This document shows, one piece after another, positions 8,062 through 16,374 of a DNA stretch of 40,530 bases. Below the pieces are notes generated by a model. The model was not told where the DNA came from. It did not search any database and saw only the letters and a list, made by a program, of their open reading frames with translations. Both the position numbers and the translations under genes were made by a program. Position 1 is the first letter of the stretch, and the number at the start of each line of letters is the position of its first letter. This stretch comes from a phage. The stretch lies in sequence record PZ513997.1; one strand, written 5' to 3'.

Positions 8062-9336
8062 ATGGACTTTAATTTACTACGCGCTTTCTGTGAACGTAAG
8101 GTAATGGATAGGTTGTACGAACAGACGCCTAAGTCCTTGCTAGCACCTGATACGGTAGCGATGATTGGTTGGCTGCAACTGTACTTCGCAACTTATCCTG
8201 ACTCTAACGAAGTTAACTTTGAGATGATGAATACGCTCTTGGATATGCGAGGGACACATCTTCAGAAAGAGCAGCTGGATATTATGAAGCATATGCTTAA
8301 GACTATTCAGAACGTCCCTACTGAGCTTGTAGCAGGTACAGTTAAGACACTGAATGAGCTAGCTTACTCTGGCGAGATGGCTGCACTAGTGAGCAAGTAT
8401 CAGGCAGGTGATGAAATAGATTTCGTACAGGAAGCTAAAGCACTTGAGCGTAAGTACTCTGGTGTAGTAGCTGCTAATGATTCATTACTTAAATGGGAAG
8501 ATGGAGGTGTAGATGATATTCTCGCGGCTACTGATGAGTCTGGTGGTCTTAAGCTTACTGTGTTCAGTGAGTTGGCTAGAAACATTCGCGGCTTGCGGGG
8601 TGGTGATTGTGTCGCTGTGGCTGCTCCTGTTGACGCTGGTAAAACTTCTCTCCTTGCTGCTGCAGTAGTTAGCTTAGCTGAGCAGATGCATGAGCAGAAG
8701 GAGATTTACGCGGAGCGTCCTATACTGTGGCTGGTAAATGAATCATTAGCCAAGCGCACTGTTCCTCGTATCTATCAGGCAGCTACTGGGCTGACTCTTC
8801 AGCAGATTGTAGAGCAGCATAAAGAAGGTAAGTTCGCTGATAAGTATCTGAAGAAGGTTGGGACGTGGGATAAGATTCGCGTTAAGGATGCGCACAGTAT
8901 GAATCTGGGGCAGATTTCAACCTTACTGGAGGAAATGAAACCTGCTGTTCTAGTAGTAGATATGGTGAGTGGTATCAAGGGCGCGAATGCTGACTCAGAA
9001 CATCAGGCACTGGAGCGTACTTGGCAGGAACTGCGCATCTTAGGCTGTGAGCATGACTGTATTATCATTGGTAGTATGCAGCTATCGGCAGAAGGTTACG
9101 ATATGCTCTATCCCCCACTGACTGCTATGAAGCAATCACGCATCGGAGTACAGGGTGCATTAGACCTTTGTATTATGATGGGAAGATTGAATGTGAATGA
9201 TAAGCCGGACATGGCTAACATTCGCGGAATCTCTACCCCAAAATCAAAATTAACTAAGTCCGGCTGTCAGAGCTATGTTCAATTTCAGGTTGAATTTGAC
9301 GGAGGACGTTGTCAGTTTAAGGAGGGTACATTATGA
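8062..9336 (+). CDS. replicative DNA helicase (DnaB / T7 gp4 helicase-domain-like)
   Basis: 424 aa. Walker A 'APVDAGKTSLL'; Walker B-like 'VLVVDMVSG'. Confidence 0.8.
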   Translation: MDFNLLRAFCERKVMDRLYEQTPKSLLAPDTVAMIGWLQLYFATYPDSNEVNFEMMNTLLDMRGTHLQKEQLDIMKHMLKTIQNVPTELVAGTVKTLNELAYSGEMAALVSKYQAGDEIDFVQEAKALERKYSGVVAANDSLLKWEDGGVDDILAATDESGGLKLTVFSELARNIRGLRGGDCVAVAAPVDAGKTSLLAAAVVSLAEQMHEQKEIYAERPILWLVNESLAKRTVPRIYQAATGLTLQQIVEQHKEGKFADKYLKKVGTWDKIRVKDAHSMNLGQISTLLEEMKPAVLVVDMVSGIKGANADSEHQALERTWQELRILGCEHDCIIIGSMQLSAEGYDMLYPPLTAMKQSRIGVQGALDLCIMMGRLNVNDKPDMANIRGISTPKSKLTKSGCQSYVQFQVEFDGGRCQFKEGTL

Positions 9337-9762
9337 ATGAGCGAATGTATAGAACATAACCAGAAGGGCAACAAAGCTGGTTACGGCAATGGTTACTGGA
9401 ACGGTGAACAGGTTATGCTTCACCGCTTAGCCTATTGCTTTAACAAGCAAATACCTGTAAGTGAAATTAAAGGTAGTGTAGTGATGCACACCTGTGATAA
9501 CCCTCGCTGCATTAACCCAACGCACTTACGCTTGGGTACTCAGGATGAAAACATGAAAGATATGCAAGGCAAGGGAAGGATGAGCCAGGGCAGTAAGCAT
9601 TACATATCTAAACTTACTGAGGAGGATGTTAAGTACATACGTGAGAATTATATACCACGGCATCCAAAGTTTGGAGGTAAGGCGCTTGCTGCTAAGTTTG
9701 GTATAAATCCGGCATCCCTGTGTCAAATACGAAAAGGCCTACGCTGGAAATCCGTAAGCTAA
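9337..9762 (+). CDS. HNH homing endonuclease
   Basis: 141 aa. 'HRLAYCF...VMHTCDNPRCINPTHLRLGTQDENMKD' is an HNH_3-type motif (His, Asn, His with Cys zinc ligands). Free-standing between helicase and polymerase. Junction shows duplicated 'atgaatga'. Confidence 0.8.
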   Translation: MSECIEHNQKGNKAGYGNGYWNGEQVMLHRLAYCFNKQIPVSEIKGSVVMHTCDNPRCINPTHLRLGTQDENMKDMQGKGRMSQGSKHYISKLTEEDVKYIRENYIPRHPKFGGKALAAKFGINPASLCQIRKGLRWKSVS

Positions 9763-9915
9763 ATGTTAAAGTCAGAAGACATTACAGAGCAGGACTACGA
9801 GGTTATCCGTGCGATAGCTAATAACCGTAAGCAGGTTAAACGCTACACGCTGGATAGCAGTGAGATGATTGTACGAGCAGCACTTAACAGAGCACGGCGC
9901 GAGGGGTGGAAATGA

Positions 9916-11130
9916 ATGAGCAGCATACTGATTTGGGATATTGAAACGCAGAACGTACCTTACTATGGCGGGGTTGCTACACCTTACTGCCCAGATAACT
10001 ACATTGTGGAATCAGGCTTCAGGATTGATAGAACTAATCCAGATGGTACGGTGACGTGCAGTGATGTAGGTAGCGTGCGTTACGAGTCGCGGGAGGAGTT
10101 CATCTCAGCACCTAGTAGTCAGTGGTTGCCTATTCAGGACGATACTTGGTTAATGGTAATGCATAACGCCGCATATGAGATTAGCTGGGCGTTGACGTTT
10201 GCTAGGGAAGAGTTTGAAGCATTCCTGAAACGGGGAGGGCGCGTATTCGATACAATGCAAGGCGAGTACATTGCCTCAGACTTCCAAAACCTTTACCCAT
10301 CATTAGATGAGACGGCTCCTAAGTACGGCGGCAGCCACAAGGTTGACGGCGTTAAACTGCTATGGCAGCAGGGCGTGTTAACAGCAGATATTGACCCTGT
10401 ACTGCTGCATGAGTATCTAACAGGGCCAGAAGGTGATATCGTAAACACAGCGTTATGCTTCTACGGGCAGTGTGCAGTGTTCGCTGAGCGTGGGCAGATG
10501 CCTATGGTCTGGGAAAGGATGGATAGTGTACTGGCCTTAGCCTACTGCGAGTTCAACGGTGTGTACGTAGACATGCCTACAGCCAGAGCTAACCAGAAGG
10601 AGCAGGAGGACGCTATAGCAGAGCTGAAGCAGACGCTGCAAGGCTTCTTACCTGAACTGCCTGAGGGATTTGAGTTCAACTGGAACAGCGGTTATCATAT
10701 GAGTGCGTTGGTGTACGGCGGTACGGTTAAGTACAAGTGCAAGGTCCCGTATGACCCGCCAAAGTTTGTAAAGTTCGATGCCTACCTGGCCGATGTTAAG
10801 GGTACTCAGCAATACATAGATGTTAATGATTGGCAAGATAGCTGGACGTACAGCCGTGAAGTGTTTAAGTCTGGACGTAATAAAGGTCTGCCCAAAGTTT
10901 ACAAGGTGGAAAGTTCAGAGCAGTCTATGAAGTGGGGTGAGCGCCTGTATAAGTTCGAAGGGCTTGTGCACATCCAAGACCTACCAGCAGTATTGCAAGA
11001 GAAGTACGCAGAGCGCGGAGAGTTCCGAGGTGCTCAGACATTGGCAGATGGTACACCTGTGTTCAGTACAGGGACTGATGCTATGAAAGAACTGGCTAAC
11101 TATTTTATTGGGATGGAAGAGAATGAGTAA
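9916..11130 (+). CDS. DNA polymerase, N-terminal part (3'-5' exonuclease domain)
   Basis: 404 aa. Exo I motif 'ILIWDIETQN'. Followed in frame by the polymerase-domain ORF. Confidence 0.8.
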   Translation: MSSILIWDIETQNVPYYGGVATPYCPDNYIVESGFRIDRTNPDGTVTCSDVGSVRYESREEFISAPSSQWLPIQDDTWLMVMHNAAYEISWALTFAREEFEAFLKRGGRVFDTMQGEYIASDFQNLYPSLDETAPKYGGSHKVDGVKLLWQQGVLTADIDPVLLHEYLTGPEGDIVNTALCFYGQCAVFAERGQMPMVWERMDSVLALAYCEFNGVYVDMPTARANQKEQEDAIAELKQTLQGFLPELPEGFEFNWNSGYHMSALVYGGTVKYKCKVPYDPPKFVKFDAYLADVKGTQQYIDVNDWQDSWTYSREVFKSGRNKGLPKVYKVESSEQSMKWGERLYKFEGLVHIQDLPAVLQEKYAERGEFRGAQTLADGTPVFSTGTDAMKELANYFIGMEENE

Positions 11131-12285
11131 ATGAGTAACAAGGCTTCGGAGTTCTTCAAGGCATACAGTGAGATGACCTTGCGTGAGAAAGATTTAGGCT
11201 TCTATGAGAAGAAGGAATTTAACAAGGACGGTAGCCTGCGTAAGACTACAGGTATGCTTCCGTATGTAATCCCTCAGAAGGAAGACGGCAGCGGCATCAT
11301 TCATCACAGATTGAATCACTGCTCAACCACGACCGGACGACTATCAGCATCTAACCCGAATATGCAGCAGTTGCCGCGTGAATCTAAGGTTAAGCAGATT
11401 CTGCGTAGTCGTTACGGTGAGCAAGGTATGATTGCTCAGTGTGACTACTCAGCTATGGAAGTTGTAATGGGCTGTGTAATAACAGGTGATAAGAAACTAC
11501 TATCCTTGCTTGAAGCTGGTACAGATATGCACTGCTATCGTTTAGCATTCCAAGAGGGTATGCCTTATGAAGAAGTCTACGAGCTTTGCCATAACCCGGA
11601 TGCACCTAACCATAAGGAATGGAAGAAGAAACGAACAGCAATCAAAACCTTCAGCTTCGCAGCGCAGTATGGAGCTTCCGCTAAAGGACTGGCGTTCGCC
11701 TCTGGTGCCAGCCTGAAGGACGCTGAGAAGTTCTTAGCTAACGAAGAAGCCCTGTTCCCTGAATCTATTAAGTACCGTGATGTAATTGCAGCAGAGGTAA
11801 ATCGTACAGCACTGTTAGAGCCTATGCGCCGCGAGCAATCAGATGATGGTAGCTGGCGTATCTATCGGGAAGGCTATTTTACTGCTCCTTGTGGTACTCG
11901 TTACCGCTTCCGTCAGAAACCTGTATGGCGTGAAGGTAAGCAGGTCATGGACTTTAAACCTACAGAGATGGCTAACTATCCATTTCAAGGTTCAGGTTCT
12001 CTGCTTATGCTTATTGCGATGGGTATGATTCTGCGCGCAGGATTAGCTACGGATTGGGGTAACGGTAGTTGGTGCTTGTTAGCAACTGTACATGACTCCG
12101 TATATTGTGACTGTAAAGATGAGTCAACGGCGAGGGAAGTAGGTCAATTAATTAAGAAATGTATGGAAGGTGCAAGAGATAGAATGCTGCAACTTTGGCC
12201 TAACTTCGGAATACTACAGGACGTTAAATTCCCTGCCGAGTGTGGTATTGGTAAATCATTTAAAGAGGAGCAGGTACTTGGCTAA
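11131..12285 (+). CDS. DNA polymerase, C-terminal part (family A polymerase domain)
   Basis: 384 aa. Motif A 'CDYSAMEVV', motif B 'RTAIKTFSFAAQYGAS', motif C 'VHDSVYCDC'. Confidence 0.85.
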   Translation: MSNKASEFFKAYSEMTLREKDLGFYEKKEFNKDGSLRKTTGMLPYVIPQKEDGSGIIHHRLNHCSTTTGRLSASNPNMQQLPRESKVKQILRSRYGEQGMIAQCDYSAMEVVMGCVITGDKKLLSLLEAGTDMHCYRLAFQEGMPYEEVYELCHNPDAPNHKEWKKKRTAIKTFSFAAQYGASAKGLAFASGASLKDAEKFLANEEALFPESIKYRDVIAAEVNRTALLEPMRREQSDDGSWRIYREGYFTAPCGTRYRFRQKPVWREGKQVMDFKPTEMANYPFQGSGSLLMLIAMGMILRAGLATDWGNGSWCLLATVHDSVYCDCKDESTAREVGQLIKKCMEGARDRMLQLWPNFGILQDVKFPAECGIGKSFKEEQVLG

Positions 12286-12329
12286 GTGGTATTGGTAAAT
12301 CATTTAAAGAGGAGCAGGTACTTGGCTAA
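12242..12329 (+). repeat. exact 44-bp tandem duplication at a CDS junction
   Basis: 'gtggtattggtaaatcatttaaagaggagcaggtacttggctaa' occurs at 12242-12285 (polymerase 3' end) and again at 12286-12329 (start of the HNH ORF, GTG start, read in a different codon phase). This is the pattern expected when two CDSs that overlap by 44 bp are concatenated. Confidence 0.7.
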
Positions 12330-12825
12330 AGTTACTAAACCTATACCGGAAGGCATACGGGAATTTTGGAGATATGATTCTGAGAGTGGGAAATTAATAT
12401 GCATACAAAACATAAAGCGCACTAAGTACAGTGAAGGCATAGTTGCAGCTAGTCTTACAACTACAGGTAATTATCTAAAGCTGAATTTTAATAAGGTAAG
12501 CTACCTTCAGCATCGGGTAGCATGGTTCCTTTACTATAATGAACAACCTCCTGAAGTTATAGACCACAAGGACGGTAACGGCCTTAACAACGCTATAAAC
12601 AACCTGCGTGCTGCAGATGATGGTTGTAACATGATGGACATTACTGTAACTGCTAAATCCACTACAGGTATTAAAGGTGTCATGCCTGTACGGGGAGGTA
12701 AGCTGTTCCGTGCCGAAGTATGTGTAGATGGTAAGCGCTACCAGAAGCACAGCAAGGACGTAGCTTTCTTAGAGCAGTGGGTACAGGCTAAGCGTAAAGA
12801 ATTACACGGAGAGTTTTATAAATAG
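12286..12825 (+). CDS. HNH homing endonuclease with AP2-like DNA-binding domain
   Basis: 179 aa. HNH motif 'VIDHKDGNGLNNAINNLRAA' and AP2-like 'GIKGVMPVRGGKLFRAEVCVDGKRYQKHSKDVAFLEQWVQAKRKELHG'. Its 5' end is the second copy of the 44-bp duplicate. Confidence 0.75.
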   Translation: MVLVNHLKRSRYLAKVTKPIPEGIREFWRYDSESGKLICIQNIKRTKYSEGIVAASLTTTGNYLKLNFNKVSYLQHRVAWFLYYNEQPPEVIDHKDGNGLNNAINNLRAADDGCNMMDITVTAKSTTGIKGVMPVRGGKLFRAEVCVDGKRYQKHSKDVAFLEQWVQAKRKELHGEFYK

Positions 12826-12949
12826 ATGCTTGCTGACGCTACTGACCGTTTCCGGTTGGCTCCCTGCCTCGTCGATGTGTGTACTATACGGAAAGCATCC
12901 CTGCTTGTCAACAGCTATTTATAAGTGTACGGGAGGAACCGTTCAGTCT

Positions 12950-13050
12950 CGTTTTATCTACCCAGAGACTTCAGAAGGGCAACCGCTTATCGTCCTCGGT
13001 TAACGTCTTGCTATGTGGCACATCTTACTTACTTCGTTACTGCTTGTCAA
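12950..13050 (+). repeat. copy B of the roughly 100-bp repeated non-coding element (paired with 4033-4140)
   Basis: See copy A. Lies in the 366-bp non-coding-looking island 12826-13191 downstream of the HNH gene. Stem aaccg/cggtt at 12981-13001. Confidence 0.45.
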
Positions 13051-13191
13051 TCTCTTTCTTAAATGATTCTTACTTTCATCTACTACCTCCTATTAATAAA
13101 GTTAAGGCTGCAATCTCTGAAGACTGCATCACTAACCCTACTTAAGTTAGCGAGTCTTATTTCTCCTAGACTCTCATCTGCATCACACTGA

Positions 13192-13380
13192 ATGAAAGTA
13201 AGAATCATCAATCACGATGCTTATGGTCCTTTCTTAACTGATACATGTAAGGAACTGTACGCAGTAGGTACAGTGCATGAAGTACAAGATTTCTTCCCTG
13301 ACACGGGGGAGGTTATCTTAGGGTATGAAGATGAAGGATTTACCTTTGATCCATCAGAGTATGAAGTTGTGGAGGAGTAG
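13192..13380 (+). CDS. small acidic hypothetical protein
   Basis: 62 aa, strongly acidic ('...FDPSEYEVVEE'). Immediately upstream of the pentapeptide-repeat gene. Confidence 0.35.
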   Translation: MKVRIINHDAYGPFLTDTCKELYAVGTVHEVQDFFPDTGEVILGYEDEGFTFDPSEYEVVEE

Positions 13381-13902
13381 ATGAACTATTTAGATATCTG
13401 CGAGAAGTACAATGTAGGAAGCCTGCGCGACGCTAACCTGCGCGACGCTGACCTGTACGGCGCTAACCTGTACGGCGCTGACCTGCGCGACGCTAACCTG
13501 TACGGCGCTAACCTGTGCGGCGCTGACCTGCGCGACGCTAACCTGTACGGCGCTAACCTGTGCGGCGCTGACCTGCGCGGCGCTAACCTGCGCGGCGCTA
13601 ACCTGCGCGGCGCTAACCTGTACGGCGCTAACCTGCGCGGCGCTAACCTGCGCCTAACCTGCGCGGCGCTAACCTGTACGGCGCTAACCTGCGCGGCGCT
13701 AACCTGCGCGGCGCTAACCTGTGCGGCGCTAACCTGTGCGGCGCTAACCTGCGCGGCGCTAACCTGCGCGGCGCTAACCTGTACGGCGCTAACCTGCGCG
13801 ACGCTAACCTGCGCGACGCTGACCTGTGCGGCGCTGACCTGCGCGACGCTGACCTGTGCGGCGCTAACCTGCGCGGCGCTGACCTGCATGGGACTGACTT
13901 GA
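13381..13902 (+). CDS. pentapeptide-repeat protein (Qnr/MfpA-type fold), reading frame disrupted
   Basis: First 90 codons encode perfect A(N/D)LxG pentapeptides ('[30 protein letters not shown]...'). At 13651-13661 one 15-nt unit is 11 nt, shifting the called frame into 'LTCAALTC...'. The pentapeptide frame continues to a TAG at 13935-13937 ('...[19 protein letters not shown]'). Confidence 0.6.
   Translation: MNYLDICEKYNVGSLRDANLRDADLYGANLYGADLRDANLYGANLCGADLRDANLYGANLCGADLRGANLRGANLRGANLYGANLRGANLRLTCAALTCTALTCAALTCAALTCAALTCAALTCAALTCAALTCTALTCATLTCATLTCAALTCATLTCAALTCAALTCMGLT
13426..13886 (+). repeat. 15-bp tandem repeat array (about 31 units, one truncated to 11 bp)
   Basis: Units of form 'cgcgRcgctRacctg', head to tail with no spacers. 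This is the coding repeat of the pentapeptide-repeat gene. Truncated unit at 13651-13661. Confidence 0.85.
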
Positions 13903-14130
13903 TTGATTGTAATTTATGGGGAACAGTACTTTATTAGCCTATACAAGGGAACAGTACGCGCAGGTTGTCAGTCGCATACGATAGCGGAGTGGCGAAGTTT
14001 TAGTAAGGAAGAAGTAATTGCTATGGACGGGCGTAATTCTCTTAAATACTACCCACGTCTTTTAGACATCATTGATTTTTACTGTGGTAAGGGCGAGCGT
14101 CCTGATTGGGTAATGAAAATAAACAAGTAA
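13903..14130 (+). CDS. hypothetical protein (called with TTG start; true start probably the internal ATG)
   Basis: 75 aa as called. The first roughly 11 codons overlap the true C-terminus of the pentapeptide-repeat frame, so the start is probably downstream. Confidence 0.3.
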   Translation: MIVIYGEQYFISLYKGTVRAGCQSHTIAEWRSFSKEEVIAMDGRNSLKYYPRLLDIIDFYCGKGERPDWVMKINK

Positions 14131-15117
14131 ATGCCGCGCATCAATGCCATTAAACTCTTCACTAAAGAACAGCACCAAGAAATTCTGAGCAAGTATAAAT
14201 CAAACGCTGAGGCAGCAGCAGCATACAACGCAGCATCTGGTTTAGATGAACCTGTGGCTTATCGTCAGCTTGTTAAGTACTGGCGCAGAATCTACGAAGC
14301 AGCTAATGGCAGTAAAGCGAAAGCTAATAAAGGGCTGGTTGAAGCGCGTAAGCTAATACAACCTTCCCCTACAGATGATATCGGTAATACTGATGTTCCT
14401 GACATGTGTCGCCGTATTCTTGTCATTGGTGACCTGCACGCTCCTTACACCCACCCTGATGCCCTCGATTTCCTTCGTTCTGTCCGAGACAGTTACGGTC
14501 CTGACATGGTTGTTCAGGTAGGTGACGAGACTGACGGGCACGCTATTAGCTTCCATGACTCTGACCCGGACTTGGATAGCGCAGGTGTTGAACTTGAGAA
14601 AGCTAAGCAGTATCTAGCTAAGGTGCATGACCTGTTCCCTAACCTGCTGGTGTGCGACTCGAACCACGGTAGCTTGGTGTACCGCCGCGCTAAAGCGCAT
14701 GGCCTGCCAGTACAGTTCATTAAAAAGTACCGCGATATCCTGTTCCCAGAACACGGTGCTAAGAAGTGGAGCTGGTCAGACGCTTGGGTATTGAATACTC
14801 CGACCGGACCAGTACGCTTCCAACATCAAGTATCTGGTGACCTTATGCTGAACGCTTCGCATGAACGCACCAGCATGGTAATCGGTCACCACCATGCGTT
14901 ATACGATATTAAGTATGCAGCAAGCAGCACGGCATTGTACTTCGGTGCGCATGCAGGTTGCTTGATTGACCACAAAGCTATGGCCTTTGCTTACGGTAAG
15001 CTGACTCGTAATAAGCCTATCCTCGGTGTAATGACTATTACCGAAGGATGTCCTAGTCTGATTCCTATGCTACTGGATGCGGAAGGACGTTGGGTTAATC
15101 GTAAGAAGAAACGCTAA
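14131..15117 (+). CDS. calcineurin-like metallophosphoesterase (phosphatase or nuclease)
   Basis: 328 aa. Five-motif MPP signature in order: 'VIGDLHAPY' (GDxH), 'VGDETDGH' (GDxxD), 'CDSNHGS' (GNH-like), 'VIGHHHA' (GHxH). Preceded by about 90 residues without a recognised motif. Confidence 0.7.
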   Translation: MPRINAIKLFTKEQHQEILSKYKSNAEAAAAYNAASGLDEPVAYRQLVKYWRRIYEAANGSKAKANKGLVEARKLIQPSPTDDIGNTDVPDMCRRILVIGDLHAPYTHPDALDFLRSVRDSYGPDMVVQVGDETDGHAISFHDSDPDLDSAGVELEKAKQYLAKVHDLFPNLLVCDSNHGSLVYRRAKAHGLPVQFIKKYRDILFPEHGAKKWSWSDAWVLNTPTGPVRFQHQVSGDLMLNASHERTSMVIGHHHALYDIKYAASSTALYFGAHAGCLIDHKAMAFAYGKLTRNKPILGVMTITEGCPSLIPMLLDAEGRWVNRKKKR

Positions 15118-15570
15118 ATGACTGAAGAGTTAATACGCGAATACCTTGCGCTAGACCCTTCTAGTCCTACTAATCTGAAGTGGATTAAGACTTCTGGCAG
15201 CCGGGTTAAGTTAGGGTCTGTGCAAGGTTATCTAAACTCGCATGGTTATGTTAAGGTTAAACTCAAAGGAAAGGCGCTGTCGCTGCATCGCGCAGTGTTC
15301 TTATTACATTATGGATACCTTCCATATGAGGTAGATCATGTAAATAGGGATAAGACTGATAACAGACCTGATAATCTTAGAGCAGCAACTAGAAGCTCTA
15401 ACTGCCATAATAAGAACTGCACGGGATTTAACTTTGATAAGAAGTCACAGAAGTTTAGAGTCCGTGTGCAAGTAACTACCACTAAGCGAATTACTGTAGG
15501 CTGGTATGATAGTCCATTTGAGGCTAGGGCAGCTTACTTAACGTTCAAAACAGCTAACAATCTAATCTAA
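15118..15570 (+). CDS. HNH homing endonuclease with AP2-like domain
   Basis: 150 aa. N-terminal 'YLALDPSSPTNLKWIK', HNH motif 'YEVDHVNRDKTDNRPDNLRAATRSSNCHNK', AP2-like 'FRVRVQVTTTKRITVGWYDSPFEARAAYLTF'. Paralogous to 21916-22392. Confidence 0.75.
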   Translation: MTEELIREYLALDPSSPTNLKWIKTSGSRVKLGSVQGYLNSHGYVKVKLKGKALSLHRAVFLLHYGYLPYEVDHVNRDKTDNRPDNLRAATRSSNCHNKNCTGFNFDKKSQKFRVRVQVTTTKRITVGWYDSPFEARAAYLTFKTANNLI

Positions 15571-16374
15571 ATGACTATTAACTTATCCTCTCTGAACTCC
15601 CTTGTTAACTCTACTGTAGAAGCTCAAGGTATTGACCAGTCTGTTACCCAGAGCGGAGGTAATTTTGCAGACGTGTTACTTCCGCGTGGAAGCTACTATG
15701 GTCGTTTCATGGAGTACATCGAGCTGGGTAAAAAGATTCCTATGCACATGGGTAAACCTACTGGTAAGCCTGCTGTAATGAACGTGCGTTTAGGCTTCAT
15801 CGTCTACACCCCAGACGGCAGCATTAAGCGTATCAACCCGTTCCCGATGGCTATCAGCAGCTTCGAGAAGGCTAAATTCAAGCAAGTGTTCGATAAGATG
15901 AACTACGACGGCACTCTGAAGCACATGGCCCAGCGTTTGGGTCAGGCGTTCATGTTCGAAGTTGAGCAGTACACTTCTAAGACTGGCAAGACTTCTAACA
16001 CTATCGACTTCCTGAGTCTGCGCCAGCTGCCTAAGTTTGACCCGAATACTGGCGCACCGATTGAACTGCCTGCACTGGATGAATCCGGTCTGCGTCTGTT
16101 CCTGTTCGACAACCCGACCAAAGAAACTTGGGATAGTCTGCACATTGAGAAGAACAACTTCATTCAGGAAGATATCCTGCAAGCTGTGAACTTTGAAGGC
16201 TCTGCATTGCAGCAGATGCTTATGGGCGGTGTTCCTGATATGGCAGCAATGGCTGCGCCAGCTGCTGCTCCTGCAGCACCTGTAGCTCTGACTGCTCCGG
16301 CTGCACCTGCTGCCCCCATGACAGCTCCAGTGGCCCCGGCTATGCCAGCAGCACCAGTTGCACCAGCTATCTAA
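15571..16374 (+). CDS. hypothetical replication-module protein with Ala/Pro-rich C-terminal tail
   Basis: 267 aa. Globular N-terminal part, then low-complexity 'AAMAAPAAAPAAPVALTAPAAPAAPMTAPVAPAMPAAPVAPAI'. A single-stranded-DNA-binding role is possible from position only. Confidence 0.35.
   Translation: MTINLSSLNSLVNSTVEAQGIDQSVTQSGGNFADVLLPRGSYYGRFMEYIELGKKIPMHMGKPTGKPAVMNVRLGFIVYTPDGSIKRINPFPMAISSFEKAKFKQVFDKMNYDGTLKHMAQRLGQAFMFEVEQYTSKTGKTSNTIDFLSLRQLPKFDPNTGAPIELPALDESGLRLFLFDNPTKETWDSLHIEKNNFIQEDILQAVNFEGSALQQMLMGGVPDMAAMAAPAAAPAAPVALTAPAAPAAPMTAPVAPAMPAAPVAPAI

Noticed and set aside
12242-12329. 44-bp perfect direct repeat (and the 25-bp repeat at 17655-17704) as target-site duplications, att sites or recombination hotspots
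   Set aside because: Both sit exactly at CDS junctions, with the second copy beginning at the start codon of the downstream ORF. That is the expected artefact of concatenating overlapping CDSs, not a mobile-element footprint.
13386-13889. 167-aa minus-strand ORF, and the possibility of a CRISPR-like array, across the 15-bp repeats
   Set aside because: The repeats are contiguous with no spacers and encode A(N/D)LxG pentapeptides on the + strand. The antisense ORF ('[10 protein letters not shown]...') is a shadow frame created by the repeat.
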